Source of the DNA: Abditibacteriaceae bacterium
GTDB taxonomy: Bacteria; Armatimonadota; Abditibacteriia; Abditibacteriales; Abditibacteriaceae
Length of the DNA: 27,976 nucleotides
NCBI GenBank assembly: GCA_031372065.1
Contig: JANMKN010000071.1
Location: 1 to 27,976 of the forward strand
Direction of reading: 5' to 3'
Shown here: positions 17,105-25,169 of the stretch, in pieces
How positions within the stretch are numbered: the stretch's first letter is position 1
How the letters are laid out: the number at the start of each line of letters is the position of its first letter
Translations under genes and position numbers: made by a program
Notes under the pieces: generated by a model
Database searches by the model: none
What the model saw: only the letters and a program-made list of their open reading frames with translations
What the model was told of the DNA's origin: nothing

Positions 17105-17908
17105 TCAGCCGCCGTAAGCCTCGTAAGCCAATAGGCCGCGGCCCCATGTGGCGCGCACGGCCCACGCGAGAACAGCGATCCACAAAATCTGCGTGAGAAA
17201 ACCGGGCAAGAGGCGCTCAGGCGGCATTGTGCCCAAAAATATGCCGATGGGAAACGAATACAGCGACGAAAACGGTGTGTAAAGCGCCACATTTTGCACC
17301 CAATTTGGCAATTCGCCAATGGGCAGCAGGCGCCCGCCTAACACCGCCAAAAGCGTGTGCCATAATTCTAAAAATCCGGCGGGTTCGGCGATCCAAAAAG
17401 CTGAAATGCCCAGCAAAAATTTGATTTGCGTCAGCAAAATATAGGCGAGCAGCGACGCCAGCAAAAACAGGCTCCAACTTGTCGCATCAAAGGCCGGAAA
17501 TTTCAAATTATCCTGAAAAATCCAGATCATCACAGCCAAAGAGGGCAACATCATCAGGCTTTTCATGGTTTGATAGGATGTTTCCTGCGCCAGACGATAG
17601 CCGAAATATCCAATGGGCCGCACGATGAAACCGGTCATTTTGCCGTCGCGAATTTGCATCGCGGTTTCCCATTCGGGATGCGGCGTAATCACAATCGAAA
17701 GCGCCGTGACACAAATGTAATACGTCATCATTTGCGTTAAATTCAAGCCGCCACGCGAAGTTTGCGTGCCTGATGCATAAGCCGCGCGCCAGACTAACAT
17801 TAAAGTCAACGCCGGAAGCGCCGCATATAAAACCCAAATAAAGGCATTCGAGCGGTAAACCAGCGAATCTTGCCAGCCCATCAATGCCACAGTCCAGTAT
17901 TTTTTCAT
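17105..17908 (-). CDS. ABC-2 type transporter permease (ABC2_membrane_6/DUF990-like)
   Basis: Six-TM protein with LVYRSN, IRDGKMTGFIVRP, LGGRLLPI and TPFSSLYSFP. Confidence 0.85.
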   Translation of the reverse strand: MKKYWTVALMGWQDSLVYRSNAFIWVLYAALPALTLMLVWRAAYASGTQTSRGGLNLTQMMTYYICVTALSIVITPHPEWETAMQIRDGKMTGFIVRPIGYFGYRLAQETSYQTMKSLMMLPSLAVMIWIFQDNLKFPAFDATSWSLFLLASLLAYILLTQIKFLLGISAFWIAEPAGFLELWHTLLAVLGGRLLPIGELPNWVQNVALYTPFSSLYSFPIGIFLGTMPPERLLPGFLTQILWIAVLAWAVRATWGRGLLAYEAYGG

Positions 17909-18064
17909 AATTCTATGCCCAATTAAGACAAATTAGTCTTTTTGTTAAACCTGTTTTGTGCTGGAAAACGTTGACCAAAGGCAAATTTGCGTTGTCATTG
18001 TTAGTAGGCACCGATTTCGCAGTGTTCGGTGAATCTCAATTCTGGCCTTACAGAAAGGTTTTTC

Positions 18065-18709
18065 ATGTCCGTAGTTAATCATCAGCGAGTTGGTGTTTTC
18101 GTAGACGTGCAAAATATGTTTTACGCTGCGAAACATCTTTACAGTTCCAAGCTGAATTTTTCTCGTTTGCGCGAATACATTGGGCGAGGTCGTCCTTTGG
18201 TGCGCAGCATTGCTTATGTAGTGCAAACGCCCGAAATTGATCAAAGCAATTTCCTGACCATGCTGCGCTCGAATGCTTTTGAAATTCGCTCCAAAGAACT
18301 CAAACAGCGTCCCGATGGCTCCTCTAAAGGCGATTGGGACATGGGTTTGGCGTTGGATGCCTTATCCATGTGTGAGCGTCTTGATGTGGTTGCCATTGTG
18401 TCAGGCGACGGTGATTTCGTCGAACTGGTGAATTTTCTCAAAGCGCGTGGCGTGCGCGTCGAGGTATATTCATTTCCCTATTCGACATCGGAAGAATTGC
18501 GTCACGCCGCCACGGAATATTACCAAATGGGCACCGAAATGGTGATGGGCACGGCGTCTCGCGGCGCGAACCATCATGTTTTGTCGTATGGTTCGTCTTT
18601 TGGTTCGCGCGGAACGGATGAAGAAGAAATTGGTCATAGCGAGAGTCATGACGCACCCCGCTATCTTGATCGCGACGAACCTCCGTCGCATTATTCAAGT
18701 TATCCTTAA
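18065..18709 (+). CDS. NYN-domain (LabA/DUF88, PIN-fold) protein
   Basis: VFVDVQN, KGDWDMGLALD and IVSGDGDF; AGAAAGGT RBS before ATG 18065. Confidence 0.9.
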   Translation: MSVVNHQRVGVFVDVQNMFYAAKHLYSSKLNFSRLREYIGRGRPLVRSIAYVVQTPEIDQSNFLTMLRSNAFEIRSKELKQRPDGSSKGDWDMGLALDALSMCERLDVVAIVSGDGDFVELVNFLKARGVRVEVYSFPYSTSEELRHAATEYYQMGTEMVMGTASRGANHHVLSYGSSFGSRGTDEEEIGHSESHDAPRYLDRDEPPSHYSSYP

Positions 18710-18715
18710 GGCGTT

Positions 18716-19867
18716 GTGCAAAGTCAGGAAAAATCCGCTGTGAACGCTTTTTTCAATCCATTCAAACTCACTTTTGCGCCGCGCCAGACTCGAAAATCAC
18801 GTCTGTGCGCGGCGCTTTGTCTTGCGCTCGTCGCGTTTGCGATGCCCTTGCGCGCTGTAACGTTGCTCCAAAAATGGGTGCCCGACCAGCAGTTGATTTA
18901 CGACATGACCATTAGCGGCACACTGACGCTGCTTGATGACGATGAATCGCCGCAACCGTGGGCTGGCTTGCCGATGGATTTTCGCGTGCGTGGCAATGCG
19001 GCAGCGACTCTGGAAACACTCAGCGTTGATAACGCGGGCATTGGCACCGTTGTATTGCGCAGTGGCGACAGCCGCGTTCGTGCGATGGGCCTTGGTCAGA
19101 ACATGGAATTCATCGTCAAGGATGGTTTTGCCTCGGCTTTGATGAATGGCAAACCGGCGGAAGAAGGCTTGGCGCGCCGTTCGGTTGCTGCCCCGAACGT
19201 TGCTTTGCGCTTGGGGCCGCAAGGACGCTTAGAAGGCACTGTTACGTTGCGCAAAGACGAAAAAAAGAACGACGATTTGCCGTTTGATTTCATCTCGACT
19301 TTTCAATCGTGGATGCTGCAATCGGTGCCAACTTTGTGGCCGCAAGGCGAAGTTAAAGAAGGCGACAAATGGACAGCGCCGCTTGCGGTTCCGCTGCCGC
19401 CACGCGAAAATGACCACGACAAGCGGCGCGAACCAATTAACGCCGGGCAAGTGACTTTTACTTTGCGCGGTGTCGAAGAGATCAGCGGGCGCCAAACGCA
19501 ACGCGTCGGCTTGGAAGGCGGGTTCGATATAGATGCTGCCAAAGCCAAAATCTTAGACGAAGCTGCGCAAGAAACTGCCAAAAACGCCCCTAAAGATGCC
19601 TCCACAAAAACCAAAGAGAAAAAGCTTGGCAGCATCACAACGCGCCATTTGGCGGACGCCAAGGAAAAACTAAGCGGCGATTTGTGGCTGGACGCGGCCA
19701 CGGGTCAAATTGTGCGCGCCGAAGTCAAGGCGCAAGGTAATATGCACACGCAAGGCACGATTACCAATAAAACCGGACGCACGCGCCCCACAGAAACCGA
19801 ACTCAGTTTTGACGGCGCCGTGCAGTTTCAATTGCGCCGTGTGAGTTATGCTTCGGCAACGAAATAA
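18716..19867 (+). CDS. Exported hypothetical beta-rich protein
   Basis: 383-aa ORF with a signal-peptide-like segment (LCAALCLALVAFAMPLRA), WPQGEVKEGDKWT and LWLDAATGQIV; start uncertain. Confidence 0.7.
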   Translation: MQSQEKSAVNAFFNPFKLTFAPRQTRKSRLCAALCLALVAFAMPLRAVTLLQKWVPDQQLIYDMTISGTLTLLDDDESPQPWAGLPMDFRVRGNAAATLETLSVDNAGIGTVVLRSGDSRVRAMGLGQNMEFIVKDGFASALMNGKPAEEGLARRSVAAPNVALRLGPQGRLEGTVTLRKDEKKNDDLPFDFISTFQSWMLQSVPTLWPQGEVKEGDKWTAPLAVPLPPRENDHDKRREPINAGQVTFTLRGVEEISGRQTQRVGLEGGFDIDAAKAKILDEAAQETAKNAPKDASTKTKEKKLGSITTRHLADAKEKLSGDLWLDAATGQIVRAEVKAQGNMHTQGTITNKTGRTRPTETELSFDGAVQFQLRRVSYASATK

Positions 19868-19882
19868 AAGCAGGTATTTGCC

Positions 19883-20653
19883 ATGAAAAATCACATTGTT
19901 CGAGCGCTGTTTTTGAGTGCGATTTTGTTCAACACAGTCTCGACACCATCGGCGCAGGCGGGAATGTTTAACGTCAATCCGACGCAAGAGCGTAAAATGG
20001 GCGATGAAGCTGCCCGCGAAATTGATTCACAAGCGCGCGTGATGACCGGCCCGGTGGCCGATTGGGTGTCAAACGTCGGCGCGCGTTTGGCAGCGGTTTC
20101 GAACAAGGAATTTACCTATTCCTTCAAAGTGGTCGAAGGACAGGAAATCAACGCGTTCGCCTTGCCGGGTGGTCATGTTTACGTTTTTACGGGCCTGCGT
20201 AAAATTGCGCAGACCGATGACGAATTAGCAGCGATTTTGGCGCACGAAATCACGCACGCCGAGGAACATCATTTTGCCAAACAATACGGCAAGGCCAGCA
20301 AACGTGGCGCGATTTTGGGCGTGTTGTCGGCAGTAATTGGCTTGCCCAACGTCGCGCAGCAAGCGGTGGGCCTTGCGGATTTAGCGATGACGCAAAAATA
20401 CTCGCGCTCCAGCGAAACCGAGGCGGATATTGTGGGCATGAAACGCATGGCCCGCGCCGGTTTCAATCCGGCGGCGATGGTTTCTATTCTCGAACGCCTC
20501 GCCAAAGAAGACGAAAGCGGCGGTTCGCTTGACCATTGGTTCGGCGACCACCCCGATGCCGGGCGCCGCATCGAACGCGCTCGCAGTCAATTGACGACGA
20601 TGAGTGCGACGGCTCCAGCAACGCCAAGCGCAAAACCCACTGCCAATCCTTAG
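19883..20653 (+). CDS. M48-family zinc metallopeptidase (BepA/LoiP-like), exported
   Basis: INAFALPGG, HEITH, YSRSSETEAD, AGFNP and DHP; N-terminal signal peptide. Confidence 0.92.
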   Translation: MKNHIVRALFLSAILFNTVSTPSAQAGMFNVNPTQERKMGDEAAREIDSQARVMTGPVADWVSNVGARLAAVSNKEFTYSFKVVEGQEINAFALPGGHVYVFTGLRKIAQTDDELAAILAHEITHAEEHHFAKQYGKASKRGAILGVLSAVIGLPNVAQQAVGLADLAMTQKYSRSSETEADIVGMKRMARAGFNPAAMVSILERLAKEDESGGSLDHWFGDHPDAGRRIERARSQLTTMSATAPATPSAKPTANP

Positions 20654-20670
20654 AAGCGCCAACAATTCTG

Positions 20671-20699
20671 TTGCACAATTGACGTGGCATCGCTATAAT
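20671..20699 (+). promoter_or_regulatory. Sigma70 promoter for tRNA-Ser
   Basis: TTGCAC (20671-20676), 17-nt spacer, TATAAT (20694-20699). Confidence 0.75.
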
Positions 20700-20744
20700 T
20701 GAAGTCGCTAATTGAAGTCGCTTATGAAAGCCAGAGCAGGCTTT

Positions 20745-20834
20745 GGAGGGATACTCAAGTGGTTTAAGAGGACGGTTTGCTAAACCGTTAGAGTGGCGTA
20801 AGCTGCTGCGAGGGTTCGAATCCCTCTCCCTCCG
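20745..20834 (+). tRNA. tRNA-Ser (anticodon GCT), CCA not encoded
   Basis: Acceptor GGAGGGA/TCCCTCC with discriminator G; anticodon arm ACGGT-TTGCTAA-ACCGT; long variable arm; T arm GAGGG-TTCGAAT-CCCTC. Confidence 0.96.
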
Positions 20835-20837
20835 CGT

Positions 20838-20884
20838 AAAAAACGAGCCGGATGTTCCAAAGGGGAGCATCCGGCTCGTTTTTT
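20838..20884 (+). terminator. Intrinsic terminator after tRNA-Ser (possibly bidirectional)
   Basis: AAAAAACGAGCCGGATGTTCC-loop-GGAGCATCCGGCTCGTTTTTT. Confidence 0.85.
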
Positions 20885-20973
20885 GTGTCATTTGGCGGGG
20901 CGGGCCGCTTTGGGAGGAGTTTTGCTACACTGTGCCCGCACAGATTTACGGAAGGTTGTGTTTCAAAACAACA

Positions 20974-21723
20974 ATGGCAGGGCATAGTAAATGGAAAAAT
21001 ATCCGCTTGCACAAAGGCAAGGCGGATGCGGCGAGAGCCAAGGTTTTTGCTCGTTTGTCGCGTGAAATCACCATCGCGGCCAAAGCGGGTGGCAATCCCG
21101 ATTCGAATCCGCGCTTGCGCCTGGCGGTCAGCAAGGCCAAGGAAAATTCGATGCCCGCCGACAACATCAAGCGCGCCATTCAAAAAGGCACGGGTGAATT
21201 GGCGGGCGAGAATTACGAAGAAGTCACCTACGAAGGCTACGGGCCGGGCGGGGTGGCCGTTTTAGTTGAAACGGCCACGGATAATCGCAATCGCACGGTG
21301 TCGGATGTGCGCAGCTATTTTGCGAAAACCGGCGGCAGTTTGGGCGAAAATGGCTCGGTGGCATGGCAATTTTCACGAAAAGGCGTCATTGAAGTGCCGG
21401 TTGAGGGCACTTGGGACGAAGATGGCGTGATGGAAGTCGCGCTTGAAGCCGGTGCCGAAGATTTCGCGGCGCAGGACGACACTTACGAGATTACCACGCC
21501 GCCCGAAGACCTCGAAGCGGTGCGCGCGGCTCTTGAAGCCAAAGGCATCGCCATCGAATCGGCGGAAGTCGAATTAGTGCCCAGCACAACGGTGAGTCTT
21601 GAAGGCGACAATGCGCGCAAGATGTTGAAATTGATGGACTTGCTCGAAGATCATGATGATGTGCAAAAAGTAGCGGCCAATTTCGACATCGCCGCCGATA
21701 TTTTGCAGGAGCAAGGCGCGTAA
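20974..21723 (+). CDS. yebC: YebC/PmpR (TACO1) family protein
   Basis: MAGHSKWKNI, NPRLRLAV, YEGYGPGGVAV, TDNRNRT and LEDHDDVQKV. Confidence 0.96.
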   Translation: MAGHSKWKNIRLHKGKADAARAKVFARLSREITIAAKAGGNPDSNPRLRLAVSKAKENSMPADNIKRAIQKGTGELAGENYEEVTYEGYGPGGVAVLVETATDNRNRTVSDVRSYFAKTGGSLGENGSVAWQFSRKGVIEVPVEGTWDEDGVMEVALEAGAEDFAAQDDTYEITTPPEDLEAVRAALEAKGIAIESAEVELVPSTTVSLEGDNARKMLKLMDLLEDHDDVQKVAANFDIAADILQEQGA

Positions 21724-21792
21724 GTCGTCGTTAGTAAAAATCCATGACCCGGCATTTTCGCATGAAAATCATGCCAGAGGGCGCCGGGTTTT

Positions 21793-21981
21793 TCTTAGAA
21801 TCAGTTTAAAAAGTCCCCTCTCCCCGCGAAGCGGATTGGGGGAGAGGGATAGGGTGAGGGGTTTCCGTTGCATAAGAGGTCGCGATGCGACCTCGTTCCC
21901 CTCATCCGGCCCAGAGGGCACCCGCCTCTCCCCCACGGGGAGAGGAATCTAATGCCATGACTTTTCAAACTCATTCTAAGA
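21793..21981. mobile_element. 189-bp MITE-like element with 23-bp terminal inverted repeats enclosing CCCTCTCCC-type palindromes
   Basis: TCTTAGAATCAGTTTAAAAAGTC and GACTTTTCAAACTCATTCTAAGA (21/23 complementary); internal hairpins CCCTCTCCCC..GGGGAGAGGG, GAGGTCGC-GAT-GCGACCTC and CCTCTCCCC-CAC-GGGGAGAGG. Confidence 0.7.
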
Positions 21982-22042
21982 TTGCATTCAAGCTGTGCCT
22001 GAAAGTTTTTCGGGCAGCGAAAGGAATTTTGTGAAGATTACA

Positions 22043-23242
22043 ATGAAAAATAAAGGTCAACTGGCCTGTCGTGCGTTCGGAGGCCTGACCTTGATGGCGT
22101 TGCCCGTTATGCTGTCCGGTTGCACCGGGAACGGGGGCGGCAGTGGCATGGCGAGTGGCAACACTTCGGCGACGGTGGCAACCGTGGACGGCACGAGCAT
22201 CACGCGGGCCGATTTGCAGGCCTTCGCCGAGGCCATGAGTGGCGAGCAAGCCTTGCAGCAATTGATTGATTATGAATTGCTGATGAAAGACCTGAAAAGC
22301 AAAGGTCTGGAGGTTTCGGATGATGAAGTCAAAAGCGCTCTTGCCAAACAACGCCTGACGATGAGCGAGGAAGAAGGCAAGCGCCTTGACGCTTTGATGC
22401 AAAGTGGCGCGCCACAAGCCGATGCTTATCGGCGGCAAGCCAAACAGCGCTTGGCTCTGCATAAAATTCTCACCAAAGACGTGAAAGCCAGCGAAGCCGA
22501 CGTTAAGAAATGGTTCGAGAAAAACAAAGAGTCGCGCTATCCGATGCACTTTAACATCGGCGTGCTGCTGACAACGCAAAAACTCCGCGCCGATGCGATG
22601 GAGCGTCAATTGTCCAGCAAAGCCAAAACTTTCAAAGAATTGGTTGAAGAACAGAAAAAGCTGAAGGATTCCTTCGCCATGCGCAGCACCGAAGATAGCA
22701 AGCAGCCTATGACGATGGATTCCGTGCCGCCAGCGATGCAAGTCGCCATCAAAAATACCAAGCCGGGCGAAATATCCAAGGTCCTCACGCTGAGTAGCGG
22801 TCAAGGCACCCAACCGGGCGCGTATGCCATTATTCGCATGATCGAGAAAAGCGAGTCGTCGTTTGAGGCGCTGCGTTCTCAAGCCGAGATGGATTATAAA
22901 ATCGAGCAAGTCGCGCGTGCGGAATTCAAGAAATCCGCGCCGCCAAACATGACATATGAAGCTGGCATCAAACAAATCCGGCAGAATATGGGACAACAGG
23001 CAATGCAGCAAGCGATGCAAACCGGCCAAATGACGCCACCGCCCACCGACGCCGATGCAGTTGAGGCTCTGACGCGTGGCAGCATCACTAAATTGCTCAC
23101 CGATTTGCGTCAATCTGGCAAAGTGCAAGTCAGCGACGCGGTTTACCAGCCGATAGGCGATATGTATAAGCCTGCGCCGGCTGCCATTGCGCCCATGACG
23201 TCGCCTGCCCAACCGTCGGCCCCCAAAGCGCCCGCGAAATAA
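22043..23242 (+). CDS. PrsA/SurA-like foldase lipoprotein (divergent parvulin domain)
   Basis: Lipobox LSGC; VATVDGTSITRADL, LQQLIDYELL, GLEVSDDEV and KPGEISKV...YAIIRM. Start at 22043 or GTG 22031. Confidence 0.75.
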   Translation: MKNKGQLACRAFGGLTLMALPVMLSGCTGNGGGSGMASGNTSATVATVDGTSITRADLQAFAEAMSGEQALQQLIDYELLMKDLKSKGLEVSDDEVKSALAKQRLTMSEEEGKRLDALMQSGAPQADAYRRQAKQRLALHKILTKDVKASEADVKKWFEKNKESRYPMHFNIGVLLTTQKLRADAMERQLSSKAKTFKELVEEQKKLKDSFAMRSTEDSKQPMTMDSVPPAMQVAIKNTKPGEISKVLTLSSGQGTQPGAYAIIRMIEKSESSFEALRSQAEMDYKIEQVARAEFKKSAPPNMTYEAGIKQIRQNMGQQAMQQAMQTGQMTPPPTDADAVEALTRGSITKLLTDLRQSGKVQVSDAVYQPIGDMYKPAPAAIAPMTSPAQPSAPKAPAK

Positions 23243-23273
23243 TTATTATCGGAAGCAAACGCTATATTAGCGG

Positions 23274-23727
23274 TCAAAAGCCCCTGACGAGGACTCGTCA
23301 GGGGCTTTTGACGCTCGAAAGGTGCTGACGAGCGCTCGTCAGCACCTTTCGACGCTCGTTTGGTGTTGACGAGGACTCGTCGGGTGCTTTCGACGCTCGT
23401 TTAGTGCCGACGAGCGCTCGTCAGCATCTTTTAAGGCTCGTTTGGTGCCGACGAGGACTCGTCAGCACCTTTTAAGCCTCGTTTAGTGTTGACGAGCGCT
23501 CGTCAGGGGCTTTTTGCTGCTCGAAAGCTGTTGTCACAGGCGTGAGAACGACTTTCGAGCGTCAAAAAGCACCTGTCACAGGCGTGAGAATGACTTTTAA
23601 GCGTCAAAAGCTGTTCTCACAGGCGTGAGAATGACTTTTGAGCAGCAAAAAGCACCTGTCACAAGCGTGAGAATGACTTTTAAGCATCAAAAGCTGTTCT
23701 CACGCCCGTGTCAGGTGCTTTTTGCGC
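23274..23727. repeat. Tandem array of eleven 41-42-bp palindromic units in two sub-blocks
   Basis: Units start at 23274, 23315, 23356, 23397, 23438 and 23479 (core GACGAG-NN-CTCGTC), then 23521, 23562, 23604, 23645 and 23687 (core TCAC-NNNN-GTG). No unique spacers. Confidence 0.95.
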
Positions 23728-23760
23728 TCGATTAGCGTCAATCAGATGGTTTTTTACGAT

Positions 23761-24228
23761 TTAAGGAATGCAGCAGGCTTCGACATCGCGCTGGCTCAAG
23801 GTGCCGAGCAGTTGGCCTGTAACCAAAATTTTGCGCAAGGTGAGTTCGACACGGCGCTGTGTATTGAGGCCGCGCGTGAAATAGCCGCAGCGCCGCACAT
23901 CGGCGATGGGCACAACCCACACCTCGGCGTGGCCTTCGGGCATCAGATAAACCGCCCATAATTCATCGGTGCGATCAAGATTTGATTCCAAAACCGAAAC
24001 AGGCGGCGTCGGGCTTTTAGCGCATTTGATAATAATGGATTTACCTTTGAAAACTCCGATATTCTTGGCCTGATTTTCTACCATGTGCGCGCCGAACTTT
24101 TCACCAATACAGCGCGCTAACCGTCGTCCCCATTGCGAGGGCGCGGCGTTTTTTTCTTCATCGCGCCGCTTGGGAGGTAGATACTTCTTCTTTTGTGGCT
24201 GTGACCAGATACTTTTATGTCCCGGCAT
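23761..24228 (-). CDS. Hypothetical basic protein downstream of rnc
   Basis: 155-aa ORF starting 15 nt after the rnc stop on the same strand. Confidence 0.65.
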   Translation of the reverse strand: MPGHKSIWSQPQKKKYLPPKRRDEEKNAAPSQWGRRLARCIGEKFGAHMVENQAKNIGVFKGKSIIIKCAKSPTPPVSVLESNLDRTDELWAVYLMPEGHAEVWVVPIADVRRCGYFTRGLNTQRRVELTLRKILVTGQLLGTLSQRDVEACCIP

Positions 24229-24243
24229 AATGATTCAATTGTC

Positions 24244-24936
24244 TCACTTTCGCTTGTGTTTGCTGAAATTGTCTAAAGCGGCCTGCGCCGCATGGCATTC
24301 GGCGGACTGCTTGGTTTTGCCGCGTCCTGCACCGTGCGCTTGCTCCTTCAAAAAAACCTGTGCGGTAAATCGCTCGTTGCCTAAAATGCCGCTATCTTGC
24401 GTTAGATAAACTGGTGTGCCCAAACCAATGGCCTGCGTTTTTTCCTGCAAGCGATTTTTCACATTGACCGCATTTTGCGCCGCTGCGGTGATTTCTTCGG
24501 CTAAGGCCGCTAAGACGAACGTGCGGGCGGCGTCAAAACCGTCTGAAAGAAAAATAGCGCCGGTTAATGCCTCGAAAACGTCGGCTAAAATCGTTTCGCG
24601 CCGCCGCCCGCCGCTGGAATCTTCGCCTTTGCCTAAAATTAAATAGTCGCCCAAATTCAGGCGTCGCGCGGCTTTGGCGAGACTGCTGCCGCGCACCGCT
24701 GCGGCTTTGTATTGAGTTAAAGTGCCTTCGGGCAAATCGGGCTGCGCCGTGTAAAAATAGGCAGCGACCACGGTGCCCAAAATGGCATCGCCCAAAAATT
24801 CAAGGCGTTGATTCGATTTTACGGTGCGTTCGCCCCCTTCACCAACGGCGGAGGGATGCGTTAAGGCTAACGCGAGTAAATCGTCCGCTACCTCAATGTG
24901 TAAATGTTGGCGTAATATGTCGAAATCAGAAGCCAT
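24244..24936 (-). CDS. rnc: Ribonuclease III
   Basis: ALTHPS, NQRLEFLGDAIL, LADVFEALTGAIFL and a C-terminal dsRBD (KNRLQE...GKTKQSAE). Confidence 0.95.
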   Translation of the reverse strand: MASDFDILRQHLHIEVADDLLALALTHPSAVGEGGERTVKSNQRLEFLGDAILGTVVAAYFYTAQPDLPEGTLTQYKAAAVRGSSLAKAARRLNLGDYLILGKGEDSSGGRRRETILADVFEALTGAIFLSDGFDAARTFVLAALAEEITAAAQNAVNVKNRLQEKTQAIGLGTPVYLTQDSGILGNERFTAQVFLKEQAHGAGRGKTKQSAECHAAQAALDNFSKHKRK

Positions 24937-25002
24937 AGCGCGAATATCAGGATGTTCTTTCAGACCGTCACAGAGGATAACTCAAAATTTGCTCAATGGT
25001 AA

Positions 25003-25053
25003 TAGGAGTTACATAATTAAACGCACTATGGGCCTCCAATTATGTAACTCCTA
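25003..25053. repeat. 16-bp perfect inverted repeat (51-bp element) in the rnc/ABC divergent intergenic region
   Basis: TAGGAGTTACATAATT-19 nt-AATTATGTAACTCCTA. Confidence 0.9.
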
Positions 25054-25169
25054 AATAAAATAAGCGGGCAATTTCTTTAAATTTTCGCCCTCACGCCGCG
25101 AACTGGTTGCTATTATAGTGAGTGGTTGGTAAAAACTGCGGTTGAGATTGAAATGAAAACGGGAAAACG

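Noticed and set aside
20745..20900. Integrative element at tRNA-Ser
   Set aside because: No integrase and no duplicated tRNA 3' end in the window; the flanks are housekeeping genes.
20743..20973. N-terminal extension of YebC in the ORF track
   Set aside because: It runs through tRNA-Ser and its terminator; the family start MAGHSKW is at 20974.
21971..23212. 413-aa antisense ORF
   Set aside because: Shadow of the PrsA-like gene on the opposite strand; no recognisable motifs.
23274..23727. CRISPR array
   Set aside because: Units abut with no unique spacers, the repeats vary among themselves, and no cas genes are in the window.
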